The notes under the pieces were generated by a model. The model saw nothing but the letters and a program-made list of their open reading frames with translations. It searched no databases and was not told the DNA's origin. This document shows, piece after piece, positions 17,630-25,362 of a DNA stretch of 25,362 nucleotides (the stretch's first letter is position 1; each line of letters opens with the position of its first letter). Source of the stretch: a virus (lineage: Duplodnaviria; Caudoviricetes); the IMG/VR virus record IMGVR_UViG_3300030330_002855, positions 1 through 25,362 of that record; one strand, 5' to 3'. A program made the position numbers and the translations under genes.

Positions 17630-17840
17630 CTTCCTCTATCGACACTTCTCTGTGGACAACCTCACAGTTATCTTGCCCTGTCCAATAGAATAAGTATCGA
17701 CCATCTGTCTGCTGATACTCCTCGAGTGCTCTTATTGTCTCTTCAACTTTTTGTTCTGCTTGCTCAGCGTTTTCTGCATCAACTTCCACAGTAAAAGAAT
17801 CTGTGGTGATCATTCCAACTTTAAACTTTTTAATTCCCAT
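17610..17840 (-). CDS. Small acidic protein, DpnD/PcfM-like
   Basis: KKFKV......TVEVDAENAEQAEQKV pattern; GGAGG RBS. Confidence 0.65.
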   Translation of the reverse strand: MGIKKFKVGMITTDSFTVEVDAENAEQAEQKVEETIRALEEYQQTDGRYLFYWTGQDNCEVVHREVSIEEVELIEV

Positions 17841-17871
17841 TTGTGTGTCCTCCCTGCTGTAAAAAAAATAT

Positions 17872-18069
17872 TTATTGACCCGTTAATAATCCTTCCTCAA
17901 TGAATTCTTTGTCTGCCAAGCAATCTTGACATACCAAAGTCGAGCCATCGTCAAAGGTGTCTCGATAACCTCGGCTATCGAAAACACCGTACACATCTCC
18001 CGTTGTCCAGAGATCGTCATCTTTATCAACGATCTCCTCGCATCGATCACACCAGTTCTGCTCTCTCAT
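17872..18069 (-). CDS. Small acidic Zn-finger protein (CxxC...CxxC)
   Basis: CDRC and CQDC; ATGA overlap with the upstream gene. Confidence 0.7.
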   Translation of the reverse strand: MREQNWCDRCEEIVDKDDDLWTTGDVYGVFDSRGYRDTFDDGSTLVCQDCLADKEFIEEGLLTGQ

Positions 18070-19430
18070 CGGTACGCTTCTTCAGCATCAAGGTAGATGT
18101 GTTTACCAAAAGGTAAGTTCTCTGCCATGCGCTTGATGTAATAGTCATCAGTAAAGAATCGCTCATCAGTAATCGCCCAATAGACTGGCAAGTCTGGTTG
18201 CAATTCTGCATTCACATCGCCATGACCATCCGTAAAATAGATTAGTGCCTGTATCTCATGTGCATTATCGGTGTAGTCATTGAGTAAATTCATGACTGGA
18301 TCAAACTCTGTGTAATAACCACCGCGCAACTTGAACTCGATCTCATCGCCACAGCTTAGATCAAAGACATCCCACCATTCACCATCACTATTTTTTCTAA
18401 CGATGTGATCACAGTAACAGACCATTACTTTGTCTAGCCCTAATTCCTCAGCAATAACTCTGGTTTCTTTCGCCATGTAGTCAGCTTCCTTCTGACTGAC
18501 TGACACACTTGAATCCATAGCGATAGCTAACACACCGCCATCAACACTATGCGTGGGCGATGGCATGTGAACACCTCTCCAAGAATGCTTTCTATTAGGC
18601 TTAGACCATGTGTAATCATCAGCTATATTTGACTTCATATCATCGCCAATCACCTCAGACCATTTGATGGTAGATTTTCTAGCTATATCTGACATAACAC
18701 CTATTAAGGCATTCCCTTCACCGTTGCCATGTGATCGCTCTAGCTTCTCGCCCATAACGACATCTTGTCTGAGTGCGCTAGCCATTTCTTCTAACTCCTC
18801 GCCATTAAACTCTCTGCCATCGTCATGTTTAGGCATAATGATTTCGCCTTGCGAGTCTGGAAGATTGTCATACTTTGATGGCGGAGGAGTGTTCTGTGTG
18901 CCATCCTCAGAAGAATATTTACCAGTCGATTGTTGTTCATCTTCTGTGCCGTCATCAGAGTCGGAGTCATTCCCAGATTGATCGCTGTTGCTCTCATCAT
19001 TCTGTTCTTTATCTTGATCCAACTCATCATCCAAGATGGAGTAAACTTTCTCAGCACCCATACCTTTAAATCGCGCGTCATACAATCCACCTTCGGGCAA
19101 CTTCATTCCAAGTACATCTAGAATATACATATTGATCACATAGTCACACGCGATATTCCAAAGTTTATGATTGCGTTTACCGATCCTTAAATGATGCTCA
19201 AAGATAACGTGACAACCCTCATGAAATAAAACACCCTGTATCGCTTCGGATAATAAATCTTTCACAAATTCTGGATTGTAATAAATCTTACGACCATCTG
19301 TTGCCATAGTCGGCTTAGTCTCATCTTCGACAATCTCTAAAGGTAAGAGTATTGATGCCATGCCAACTTGATCGCGCATGAGGGCGGTTCTCGCCTTTAT
19401 TACCATTTCTTTAGGGGTAAGGTTAGTCAT
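18066..19430 (-). CDS. Metallopeptidase-VWA protein (DUF2201-like)
   Basis: TMATDG, HEGCH...H..R, WNIACDY.IN, acidic linker, PNR, MIDAS-like DSSVS and FTDG. Confidence 0.88.
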   Translation of the reverse strand: MTNLTPKEMVIKARTALMRDQVGMASILLPLEIVEDETKPTMATDGRKIYYNPEFVKDLLSEAIQGVLFHEGCHVIFEHHLRIGKRNHKLWNIACDYVINMYILDVLGMKLPEGGLYDARFKGMGAEKVYSILDDELDQDKEQNDESNSDQSGNDSDSDDGTEDEQQSTGKYSSEDGTQNTPPPSKYDNLPDSQGEIIMPKHDDGREFNGEELEEMASALRQDVVMGEKLERSHGNGEGNALIGVMSDIARKSTIKWSEVIGDDMKSNIADDYTWSKPNRKHSWRGVHMPSPTHSVDGGVLAIAMDSSVSVSQKEADYMAKETRVIAEELGLDKVMVCYCDHIVRKNSDGEWWDVFDLSCGDEIEFKLRGGYYTEFDPVMNLLNDYTDNAHEIQALIYFTDGHGDVNAELQPDLPVYWAITDERFFTDDYYIKRMAENLPFGKHIYLDAEEAYR

Positions 19431-20382
19431 TCTTTAACCCTCCTAATTTAGCAAGGAAATCGCCTTTGAGAGGATCAATTGCACTCTTCAAATCTGTTGA
19501 GACTTCCTCGCGTTTACTGGCTGACTCATCGCTATCCTGTCTGAGCGAATCGACAGAATCTATCTTCGCCATGATGCCCACTAATTTTTGATGTGCATCT
19601 TTGACCGATGAAATATCACCAAGTATATCTTTATTGAAATTAGGCAGTACAGAAATAGCCTGTCTGAGTTTCTCAAAGGATGAATCCTTAAAGAATCCAC
19701 CTTGTTTATCTTTAGGATCGTACTGACCCACCTTATCAGCGATGTGAGAGACTTGTTCAACTAGTGAGTCAATGATCGCCTTACTCGCTGAGAGTGCGTT
19801 AGATTGAATCCTGTTGGTTACATCGCTCTCTATCTTTGCCCTTGCGGATGCTGACACCTTTAATCTGATATCAGATGAGTAATTAGGGATCATGTTAGTC
19901 TCAAATTCAAAACGGAACTTCTCTCTAATGTAATCACTATCTGGGTAATCTAAAGGATCAAATGCATCGCCTAATAATACTTTGGCTTGTTTAATCCTAT
20001 CTGGATAAAACTCAAGAAACTCATCAACCTCCTTTTCAAAGTCTCGCTTAGACTGGCTCATCTGAGCAATCAGATTGTCCAGATTTGAGTTAGGGCATAA
20101 CCTCCACCCAGATACTACCATCCCTTCATCATCTGAGGAGTTATCATTCCAAGGCAATGTATTAGGATAGTAAAACTCATTCCTTACTTTGTTGATAATC
20201 CTACGAAAGTATTTGGAGTGCTCTTTACCCACCAGATATTTCTGCACGTTTAATAAGTCAGATTGTGCTGACACATCATCAGCCAACTGTGAACGTAGGT
20301 CTTTATCAGATTTGATGCCACTCCAAAACTTAGTGGTGAATCTCACCAGTGTTGCTGTCTCATGTAATGTAGATTTTTCCAT
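19423..20382 (-). CDS. Helical protein, DUF3150-like
   Basis: K.L...TLPW...GWRL.P...F...Y...LG..F...DYP pattern; lies between the AAA+ and VWA genes; AGGAGG RBS. Confidence 0.7.
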   Translation of the reverse strand: MEKSTLHETATLVRFTTKFWSGIKSDKDLRSQLADDVSAQSDLLNVQKYLVGKEHSKYFRRIINKVRNEFYYPNTLPWNDNSSDDEGMVVSGWRLCPNSNLDNLIAQMSQSKRDFEKEVDEFLEFYPDRIKQAKVLLGDAFDPLDYPDSDYIREKFRFEFETNMIPNYSSDIRLKVSASARAKIESDVTNRIQSNALSASKAIIDSLVEQVSHIADKVGQYDPKDKQGGFFKDSSFEKLRQAISVLPNFNKDILGDISSVKDAHQKLVGIMAKIDSVDSLRQDSDESASKREEVSTDLKSAIDPLKGDFLAKLGGLKND

Positions 20383-20416
20383 TTATTTTTTCCTCCTAAA
20401 AAATATTATTGACCAA

Positions 20417-21463
20417 TCAATATTCGATGTGCTGATTATTGATCTTGAATCCAGAGTAGGCTGACGAATCTTTTAACTCTGGTCTTCTCGCCACGCATTG
20501 ACGCACAAAGAATATCGAGAACTCTGGCGTATCCATTCCACTAACAAATGCTAGTGCATTTTCAAAATATCTGTGGATCAATTCATTGGATGCGGTTTCT
20601 ATCTTATCCATCAGAGCAATACAGGTGGCATAACATACACCGCCCTTTGTAGGTACTTGCGCTTCAACACCGTTAACAATGTCTGACAGATTAGGAACGT
20701 CATCCATAAGCATTATAAAGTTAGCAAACTCAGTAGCTTGTAACTCGCCAACTGAAGACACAGCCATTTCTCTCCACATATCTTTAGGCAGTCCAGTTTT
20801 TAGAATGTCACTCAGCCTAGTCCATGATCTTGGGTTAGCTTGCGCTCCATCAGACTTAGCATCAAAGATATTGAGAGCCTGTGGTTGAAATGACAGATAA
20901 CCCATAACATAAGGATTTACTTTATTCTCAGTACCCCATCGCTCCCAATCTTCAAATACGACATCACACTCAATCAACTGTACTCTCTCAACTAAATGAG
21001 TCGGCAGTCGATTACTGGATGCGCGATCCGATACGCGGTTACAGGCTAGCACCACTCGCCAACCCTTGGGTAGTACATACTCTCCTAGTCGCTTATCACT
21101 AATTAACTGAGACACTAGGCATACAACACTGGGATGAGCCTGTGCGACCTCATCAAGGAATAACAGACCTTCGCCACCTGTGGGAAGATTACCCAGAAAG
21201 GCTCGTTTCTGTTGTCCATTGTCATTAATGTAAGGCAGTCCAGAAAGGTCTAATGACTCATACAGCGGTAATCTGAAATCTATAAACCCATACTCATCCT
21301 CATTAGGCTTTATACTATCTACTACTTTCCTACCATCAGCTAACTTATCAACTAGCTGTCTAACTGTCGCTGACTTACCGATCCCTGTTCCACCTATCAG
21401 ACAGGGCGTATGATTAGCCTTAACGATCCACTCAGTGTGGCTTGCTACTTTTGACATCTTCAT
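20417..21463 (-). CDS. MoxR-like AAA+ ATPase
   Basis: Walker A GGTGIGKS, Walker B LFLDE, ACNR..DRA, NPRSW; GGAGG RBS. Confidence 0.9.
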   Translation of the reverse strand: MKMSKVASHTEWIVKANHTPCLIGGTGIGKSATVRQLVDKLADGRKVVDSIKPNEDEYGFIDFRLPLYESLDLSGLPYINDNGQQKRAFLGNLPTGGEGLLFLDEVAQAHPSVVCLVSQLISDKRLGEYVLPKGWRVVLACNRVSDRASSNRLPTHLVERVQLIECDVVFEDWERWGTENKVNPYVMGYLSFQPQALNIFDAKSDGAQANPRSWTRLSDILKTGLPKDMWREMAVSSVGELQATEFANFIMLMDDVPNLSDIVNGVEAQVPTKGGVCYATCIALMDKIETASNELIHRYFENALAFVSGMDTPEFSIFFVRQCVARRPELKDSSAYSGFKINNQHIEY

Positions 21464-21495
21464 AGAATGTCCTCCATGTAATTTAAGTTTAATGT

Positions 21496-21543
21496 GGTAT
21501 CAATAGACACCAGTAAACCCACTCTCACGAATGGGCTTAACTG
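21496..21543 (-). other. Intergenic double RNA hairpin upstream of the AAA+ gene
   Basis: CAGUUAAGCCCAUUC-GUGA-GAGUGGGUUUACUG (GNRA loop) abutting GGUGUC-UAUU-GAUACC; no U-tract. Confidence 0.6.
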
Positions 21544-21547
21544 CTAG

Positions 21548-21988
21548 CTACTTTATAAAACTTGGTTTTTTATAAAGGCAATCGTTAAACAAATCAATTG
21601 TCCTTACAGCATCCTCCAAGGTATCGTAGTGATCCACCGCGGTGTAATCATCTAAGTCAAATTTCTCTGAATCTGATGATGGTGCGTAAACTACCCACCC
21701 ATCATCATGACGCTCATGCTTTCTGATCAACCAATTTCTGTAGACGAATACCTCTTCATCCCACTCAGTTAGTCCAATCCAATTTGTAAACGTAATTACT
21801 TCAAAATCTAAATCCTCAATATTCTGTAATGCACTGAGCGTCCATGTGTCAGTTTTCATTAATTGTTTAAACTTTTTTGCTGTCGCGCACACTGGATAGT
21901 AACGATCATGATTTGTTTTGTTATATGCTTTCCTATGGCTAAGAGCATCTTCTCCATACACTACAAAAATTTTCTTTGTTGATTCCAT
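21548..21988 (-). CDS. Hypothetical early protein (146 aa)
   Basis: GAGG RBS. N-terminal VYG....YYPVC..AK.F..L....T.T...L..I..L.F pattern is common in marine phage early genes. Confidence 0.75.
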   Translation of the reverse strand: MESTKKIFVVYGEDALSHRKAYNKTNHDRYYPVCATAKKFKQLMKTDTWTLSALQNIEDLDFEVITFTNWIGLTEWDEEVFVYRNWLIRKHERHDDGWVVYAPSSDSEKFDLDDYTAVDHYDTLEDAVRTIDLFNDCLYKKPSFIK

Positions 21989-22028
21989 TTTTAATTCCTC
22001 TATTTAAGTTAATCGATTATCACTAAGT

Positions 22029-22190
22029 TTATGCGTAAACATTACGTCTAGTGTTTCTGTCTTTAGACCATTGCTTCGGTCTACCTTTATCTTTAGTTCT
22101 CTTACCTCTCTGGATACCATTCCAGAAATCTAGGTTTACCTTGTCGAACTTGCGAACGGCTATCCGTTCTTTGTTTATGTTGCTTGTCAT
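22029..22190 (-). CDS. Small basic early protein (53 aa, start revised to MTSNINK)
   Basis: GGAGGT RBS 5 nt upstream of ATG 22190; K/R-rich. Confidence 0.65.
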   Translation of the reverse strand: MTSNINKERIAVRKFDKVNLDFWNGIQRGKRTKDKGRPKQWSKDRNTRRNVYA

Positions 22191-22263
22191 GTAACACCTC
22201 CAAGTGTCTGTTTTTGTTAAGGTTTGTATGGGTGGCGCACCTCGCGCCCTGTCCATACTTATA

Positions 22264-22291
22264 AGTATAATGATATTTAGCATATAAGCAA
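22264..22291 (-). promoter_or_regulatory. Early-operon promoter overlapped by 12-bp-period direct repeats
   Basis: TTGCTT (22291-22286)-N16-TATACT (22269-22264); TATAAG repeats end at 22288, 22300 and 22312. Confidence 0.55.
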
Positions 22292-22352
22292 GCATATAAG
22301 TAGGTATATAAGTATGATCAGAGAATGACTGTTGATCGGTTAATATTTATTC

Positions 22353-22835
22353 ATGACAGAGAAATCAAAACCACAGTTAAAGGTAGTAAAGAAACGCACC
22401 GATCTAACACCCAAACAAAGGGCATTTGTAGAGGGTATTGTCAAAGGTAAGTTAGGAAGCCATATAGAGGTTTATATGAGTGTATATGATGTAGCTCGTA
22501 CCAAGACAGGCGGCATACCTAAACACGCTTACGTTGATTGCAGTAAGCTTATGTCGCACCCTAAGATTAGCCTATCAATATCTAATGGGCTACAGCGTAA
22601 GGAGGACAGTTTAGTAGCTTCAGCCCACAGGACAAGATCATATGTCATAGAACAGCTATATAAAGAGTCTAAAGAGTCAGACAGTGATGCCAGTCGCGTT
22701 CGTGCTTTAGAGCTACTTGGGAAGTCTGTATCTCTGTTTAGTGATGTAGTAGAAACAAAAGAGAGTAGGTCGAGTGATCTAATAGAGAGTGAAATAGAAA
22801 GTAGATTAGTAGAGTTATTAAAAGATAAAGAGTAA
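22353..22835 (+). CDS. terS: Terminase small subunit
   Basis: LTPKQRAFV HTH start, SKLMSHPKI, RVRALELLGK...LF motif; upstream of terL. Confidence 0.85.
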   Translation: MTEKSKPQLKVVKKRTDLTPKQRAFVEGIVKGKLGSHIEVYMSVYDVARTKTGGIPKHAYVDCSKLMSHPKISLSISNGLQRKEDSLVASAHRTRSYVIEQLYKESKESDSDASRVRALELLGKSVSLFSDVVETKESRSSDLIESEIESRLVELLKDKE

Positions 22836-23050
22836 AAAGAATTCTTTTTTGAATCTTTTATTTTTGACCCCCCTACCCCCCTTGACAGCAGTCGACTGAC
22901 TGACAACATATACATAGTAATTCACACAAACAATCACTAGTTTTCATGCCTCTACCCCTTTAATTGCATTTTGCTAGCACTTTTTTAGTATGCCCCAACC
23001 CCCTATTTCTAGGATTTTGCTCAAGGGACCCTACCCCCCCTAAATTTTTT
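22834..23050. other. terS-terL spacer with C-tracts and T-tracts, candidate pac site / genome terminus region
   Basis: AAAAAGAATTCTTTTT palindrome (22834-22849), C6-TA-C6 (22868-22881), CCCCAACCCCC (22993-23003), C3-TA-C7 (23029-23040). Confidence 0.45.
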
Positions 23051-23051
23051 G

Positions 23052-23087
23052 TTGACTTTTATGTGAAGAGGGCTAATATTGTATAAT
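23052..23087 (+). promoter_or_regulatory. Candidate promoter for terL/portal
   Basis: TTGACT (23052-23057)-N16-TAATAT (23074-23079), plus a TATAAT at 23082-23087. Confidence 0.5.
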
Positions 23088-23209
23088 CTGTAGTTAGATA
23101 TACCTTGAGTGCCAGTTAGGTAGTTACTAGATATTAGTATGTACCTACTATAGGAACTACATATTCTTTTTTTTAGAAGGTTTATACAAGACAGGTATGA
23201 ACTACATAT

Positions 23210-24709
23210 ATGGTTACTAGTGTTTTAGACAAGATACAGCATCTAAGTGTAGAGGATAAGCGAGAATTATTGTCGCTGTTAGAAGAACTTGAGGATGCCA
23301 AGCTACGCGAGGCTTGTGAAGACAAGTTTTTATCGTTTGTTCAGTCTATGTGGGTAGCTTTTATTCATGGAAAGCACCATGAAATTATGGCTGAGGCGTT
23401 TGAACGGGTCGCAAGTGGGGAGTTAAAGCGTTTAATTATTAATATGCCCCCTCGACATACCAAGTCTGAGTTCGCATCTTATCTTTTACCTGCATGGTTT
23501 CTAGGAAAATACCCCAATAAGAAGATTATACAGACTGCTCACACCGCTGAGTTGGCTGTTGGCTTTGGCAGGAAGGTTAGAAACCTAGTAAATAGCAAAG
23601 ATTATAAAGAAATATTCACAGATGTTAGCTTACAAGCGGATAGTAAAGCCGCAGGTCGTTGGAATACGAACAAAGGCGGTGAATATTTTGCGATTGGTGT
23701 GGGCGGTGCGGTCACCGGTAAGGGTGCAGACCTATTAATCATCGATGATCCGCACTCAGAACAGGAAGGTGCGAGTTCTGACGTTAATGTTTTTAACAAA
23801 ACCTACGAATGGTACACCTCTGGACCGCGACAGCGTCTACAACCGGGCGGTTCTATCGTAGTAGTCATGACTCGATGGCATCAAAGAGATTTGACGGGTC
23901 AATTAATAGACGCAAGTGTGAAAAGAGGCGGTGCAGATGAGTGGGAAGTCATAGAACTTCCTGCAATTATGCCATCTGGCTCCCCATTATGGGCGCAGTT
24001 CTGGAAATTAGAGGAATTAGAGGCGCTCCGCGCAGAATTACCCGCGTCAAAGTGGATGGCTCAGTACCAACAGGACCCAACTGCGGAAGAAGGGGCGATA
24101 GTTAAGCGTGAATGGTGGAATGAATGGGAATATCGGGAGCCACCTGACTGTGAATTTGTGATTCAGTCGTGGGATACCGCGTTTCTTAAGTCTCAAAGAG
24201 CAGATTACTCGGCTTGTACCACATGGGGCGTGTTTTATCGGGAAGATGAGCACAGTGGTAAGGTAGTTCCACAGATAATTCTACTTGATGCACACAAAGC
24301 TAGGCTTGAGTTCCCAGAATTAAAGCAGAGAGCAATGGAATGCTATCAATCCTATAAGCCAGACGCATTTATCGTGGAAGCAAAAGCGGCAGGTATGCCT
24401 TTAATCTTTGAATTAAGACAAATGGGAATACCTGTACAAGAATATACGCCTAGTCGAGGTAACGACAAGATAGCTAGGGTGAATGCAGTAGCCGATTTAT
24501 TTTCTTCTGGCATTGTTTGGGCTCCGGCAACGCGATGGGCGGAAGAAGTGATAGAAGAGTTTGCGTCTTTCCCTAATGCAGAGCATGACGACTTAGTGGA
24601 TAGCAGTACGCAAGCACTGTTAAGGTTTAGGCAGGGTGGATTTGTACCATTGTATTCTGATGAAGAAGACGAAGAGATAGATAACACTCGAATCGCAAAT
24701 TATTATTAG
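23210..24709 (+). CDS. terL: Terminase large subunit
   Basis: INMPPRHTKS Walker A, LLIIDDP Walker B, MTRWH..DL.G, nuclease motifs QSWDTA...DYSA and HDDLVDS. Confidence 0.95.
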   Translation: MVTSVLDKIQHLSVEDKRELLSLLEELEDAKLREACEDKFLSFVQSMWVAFIHGKHHEIMAEAFERVASGELKRLIINMPPRHTKSEFASYLLPAWFLGKYPNKKIIQTAHTAELAVGFGRKVRNLVNSKDYKEIFTDVSLQADSKAAGRWNTNKGGEYFAIGVGGAVTGKGADLLIIDDPHSEQEGASSDVNVFNKTYEWYTSGPRQRLQPGGSIVVVMTRWHQRDLTGQLIDASVKRGGADEWEVIELPAIMPSGSPLWAQFWKLEELEALRAELPASKWMAQYQQDPTAEEGAIVKREWWNEWEYREPPDCEFVIQSWDTAFLKSQRADYSACTTWGVFYREDEHSGKVVPQIILLDAHKARLEFPELKQRAMECYQSYKPDAFIVEAKAAGMPLIFELRQMGIPVQEYTPSRGNDKIARVNAVADLFSSGIVWAPATRWAEEVIEEFASFPNAEHDDLVDSSTQALLRFRQGGFVPLYSDEEDEEIDNTRIANYY

Positions 24710-24718
24710 GAGAGTTAA

Positions 24719-25362
24719 TTGGCTATTGAAAGAACCCCTGCTACGCCAGTAGAAGGAGTAATAGAACAAGAACCTCAAGAAGAACAATTAAATATCATGA
24801 TTGAGAATCCTGATTCAGTTGCTATTGAAACTGAAGATGGAGGTATGATTATTGATTTTGATCCCAAAGCAGATTCTCCTGATGCAGGTTTTAATAGTAA
24901 TCTAGTAGAATTTATTGACGAAAACGAATTAGAGCGTATAGGCTCTGAGTTAGTTAATGCTTATACGATGGACAAGGACTCTCGCAAAGATTGGGAGGAT
25001 ACCTATACCAAAGGTCTAGATCAGCTAGGATTGAAGATAGAGGAACGCACACAGCCTTGGAATGGGGCTTGTGGTGTGTTCCATCCTATGCTGAGTGAAG
25101 CAGTTATTAGATTCCAATCACAAGCGATAGCAGAGATATTTCCGGCTAGTGGTCCAGTAAAGACCAAGATAGTTGGAAAGATGACAGAAGATAAGACAAA
25201 GCAGGCGCAAAGAGTAGAAGACTATATGAATTATCTTCTCACTCATGAGATGTCAGAGTATCGTACTGAAACAGAAAAGCTTTTGTTTTCTCTACCGTTA
25301 GCAGGTTCTGCCTTTAGAAAAGTATATTACGATCCCAACTTAGATCGACCTAGCGGAATATT
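24719..25362 (+). CDS. Portal protein, N-terminal part (3' truncated, TTG start, absent from the ORF track)
   Basis: GGAGAG RBS then TTG GCT ATT GAA; open to the window end: ...SRKDWEDTY.KGL..LG...EERT.PW.GACGVFHPML.EAV.RFQ...GPVKT...GSAFRKVYYD; follows terL. Confidence 0.88.
   Translation, partial: MAIERTPATPVEGVIEQEPQEEQLNIMIENPDSVAIETEDGGMIIDFDPKADSPDAGFNSNLVEFIDENELERIGSELVNAYTMDKDSRKDWEDTYTKGLDQLGLKIEERTQPWNGACGVFHPMLSEAVIRFQSQAIAEIFPASGPVKTKIVGKMTEDKTKQAQRVEDYMNYLLTHEMSEYRTETEKLLFSLPLAGSAFRKVYYDPNLDRPSGI

Larger units (their letters stand above)
1822..23903. repeat. Dispersed 14-bp palindromic motif ATTDAC-NN-GTHAAT (13 copies)
   Basis: Copies start at 1822, 5092, 8986, 10585, 13071, 15582, 16500, 17465, 17874, 18917, 20408, 22331 and 23890. 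Confidence 0.7.

Noticed and set aside
18664-19121. Several alternative-frame ORFs over the VWA gene linker
   Set aside because: Overlap a well-supported CDS in its low-complexity acidic linker; no independent evidence.
22191-22295. N-terminal extension of ORF 22029..22295
   Set aside because: Runs through the predicted promoter and leader hairpin; a strong RBS supports ATG 22190.
23154-23214. GAACTACATAT repeats as a second NrdR box pair
   Set aside because: Right half-sites lack the TwG and the offset is 45 bp rather than about 32; kept only as a direct repeat.
1-25362. tRNA, rRNA, integrase, transposase, reverse transcriptase, intron/intein or alternative genetic code
   Set aside because: None recognised. 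Hallmark genes are full length and uninterrupted in the standard code, and all three stop codons end genes.

Overview
AT-rich segment of a tailed dsDNA phage genome, podovirus-like and probably from an uncultured marine lineage. Left to right: (i) end of the late operon with three internal-virion/ejection genes, including a 2696-aa polyvalent protein (HExxH metallopeptidase, HhH-GPD-like DNA glycosylase, possible SAM-lyase-like module, LPD38-type C-terminus); (ii) a leftward recombination operon (PD-(D/E)XK exonuclease, Sak-like annealase, SSB-like protein, resolvase); (iii) a T7 gp4/Twinkle-like primase-helicase with no DNA polymerase beside it; (iv) a leftward early operon with a MoxR AAA+/DUF3150-like/VWA-metallopeptidase triad; (v) terS, a C-tract-rich spacer, terL and the start of the portal gene. 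The most striking unexplained structure is the 17.24-17.63 kb intergenic region. It holds two tandem ~60-nt transcription units with the same design (promoter, 5' hairpin with CAU in the loop, C-rich anti-Shine-Dalgarno linker, intrinsic terminator). They are complementary to the translation starts of the phage's own primase-helicase and recombination genes, and a pair of NrdR-like boxes sits just upstream of the anti-primase RNA promoter. This suggests an sRNA-based, possibly dNTP-sensing checkpoint on phage replication. Also seen: a 14-bp palindrome (ATTDAC-NN-GTHAAT) dispersed 13 times across the window, and strong regional depletion of CCGG in the early/replication half. All family assignments come from motif recognition by eye; no searches were run.
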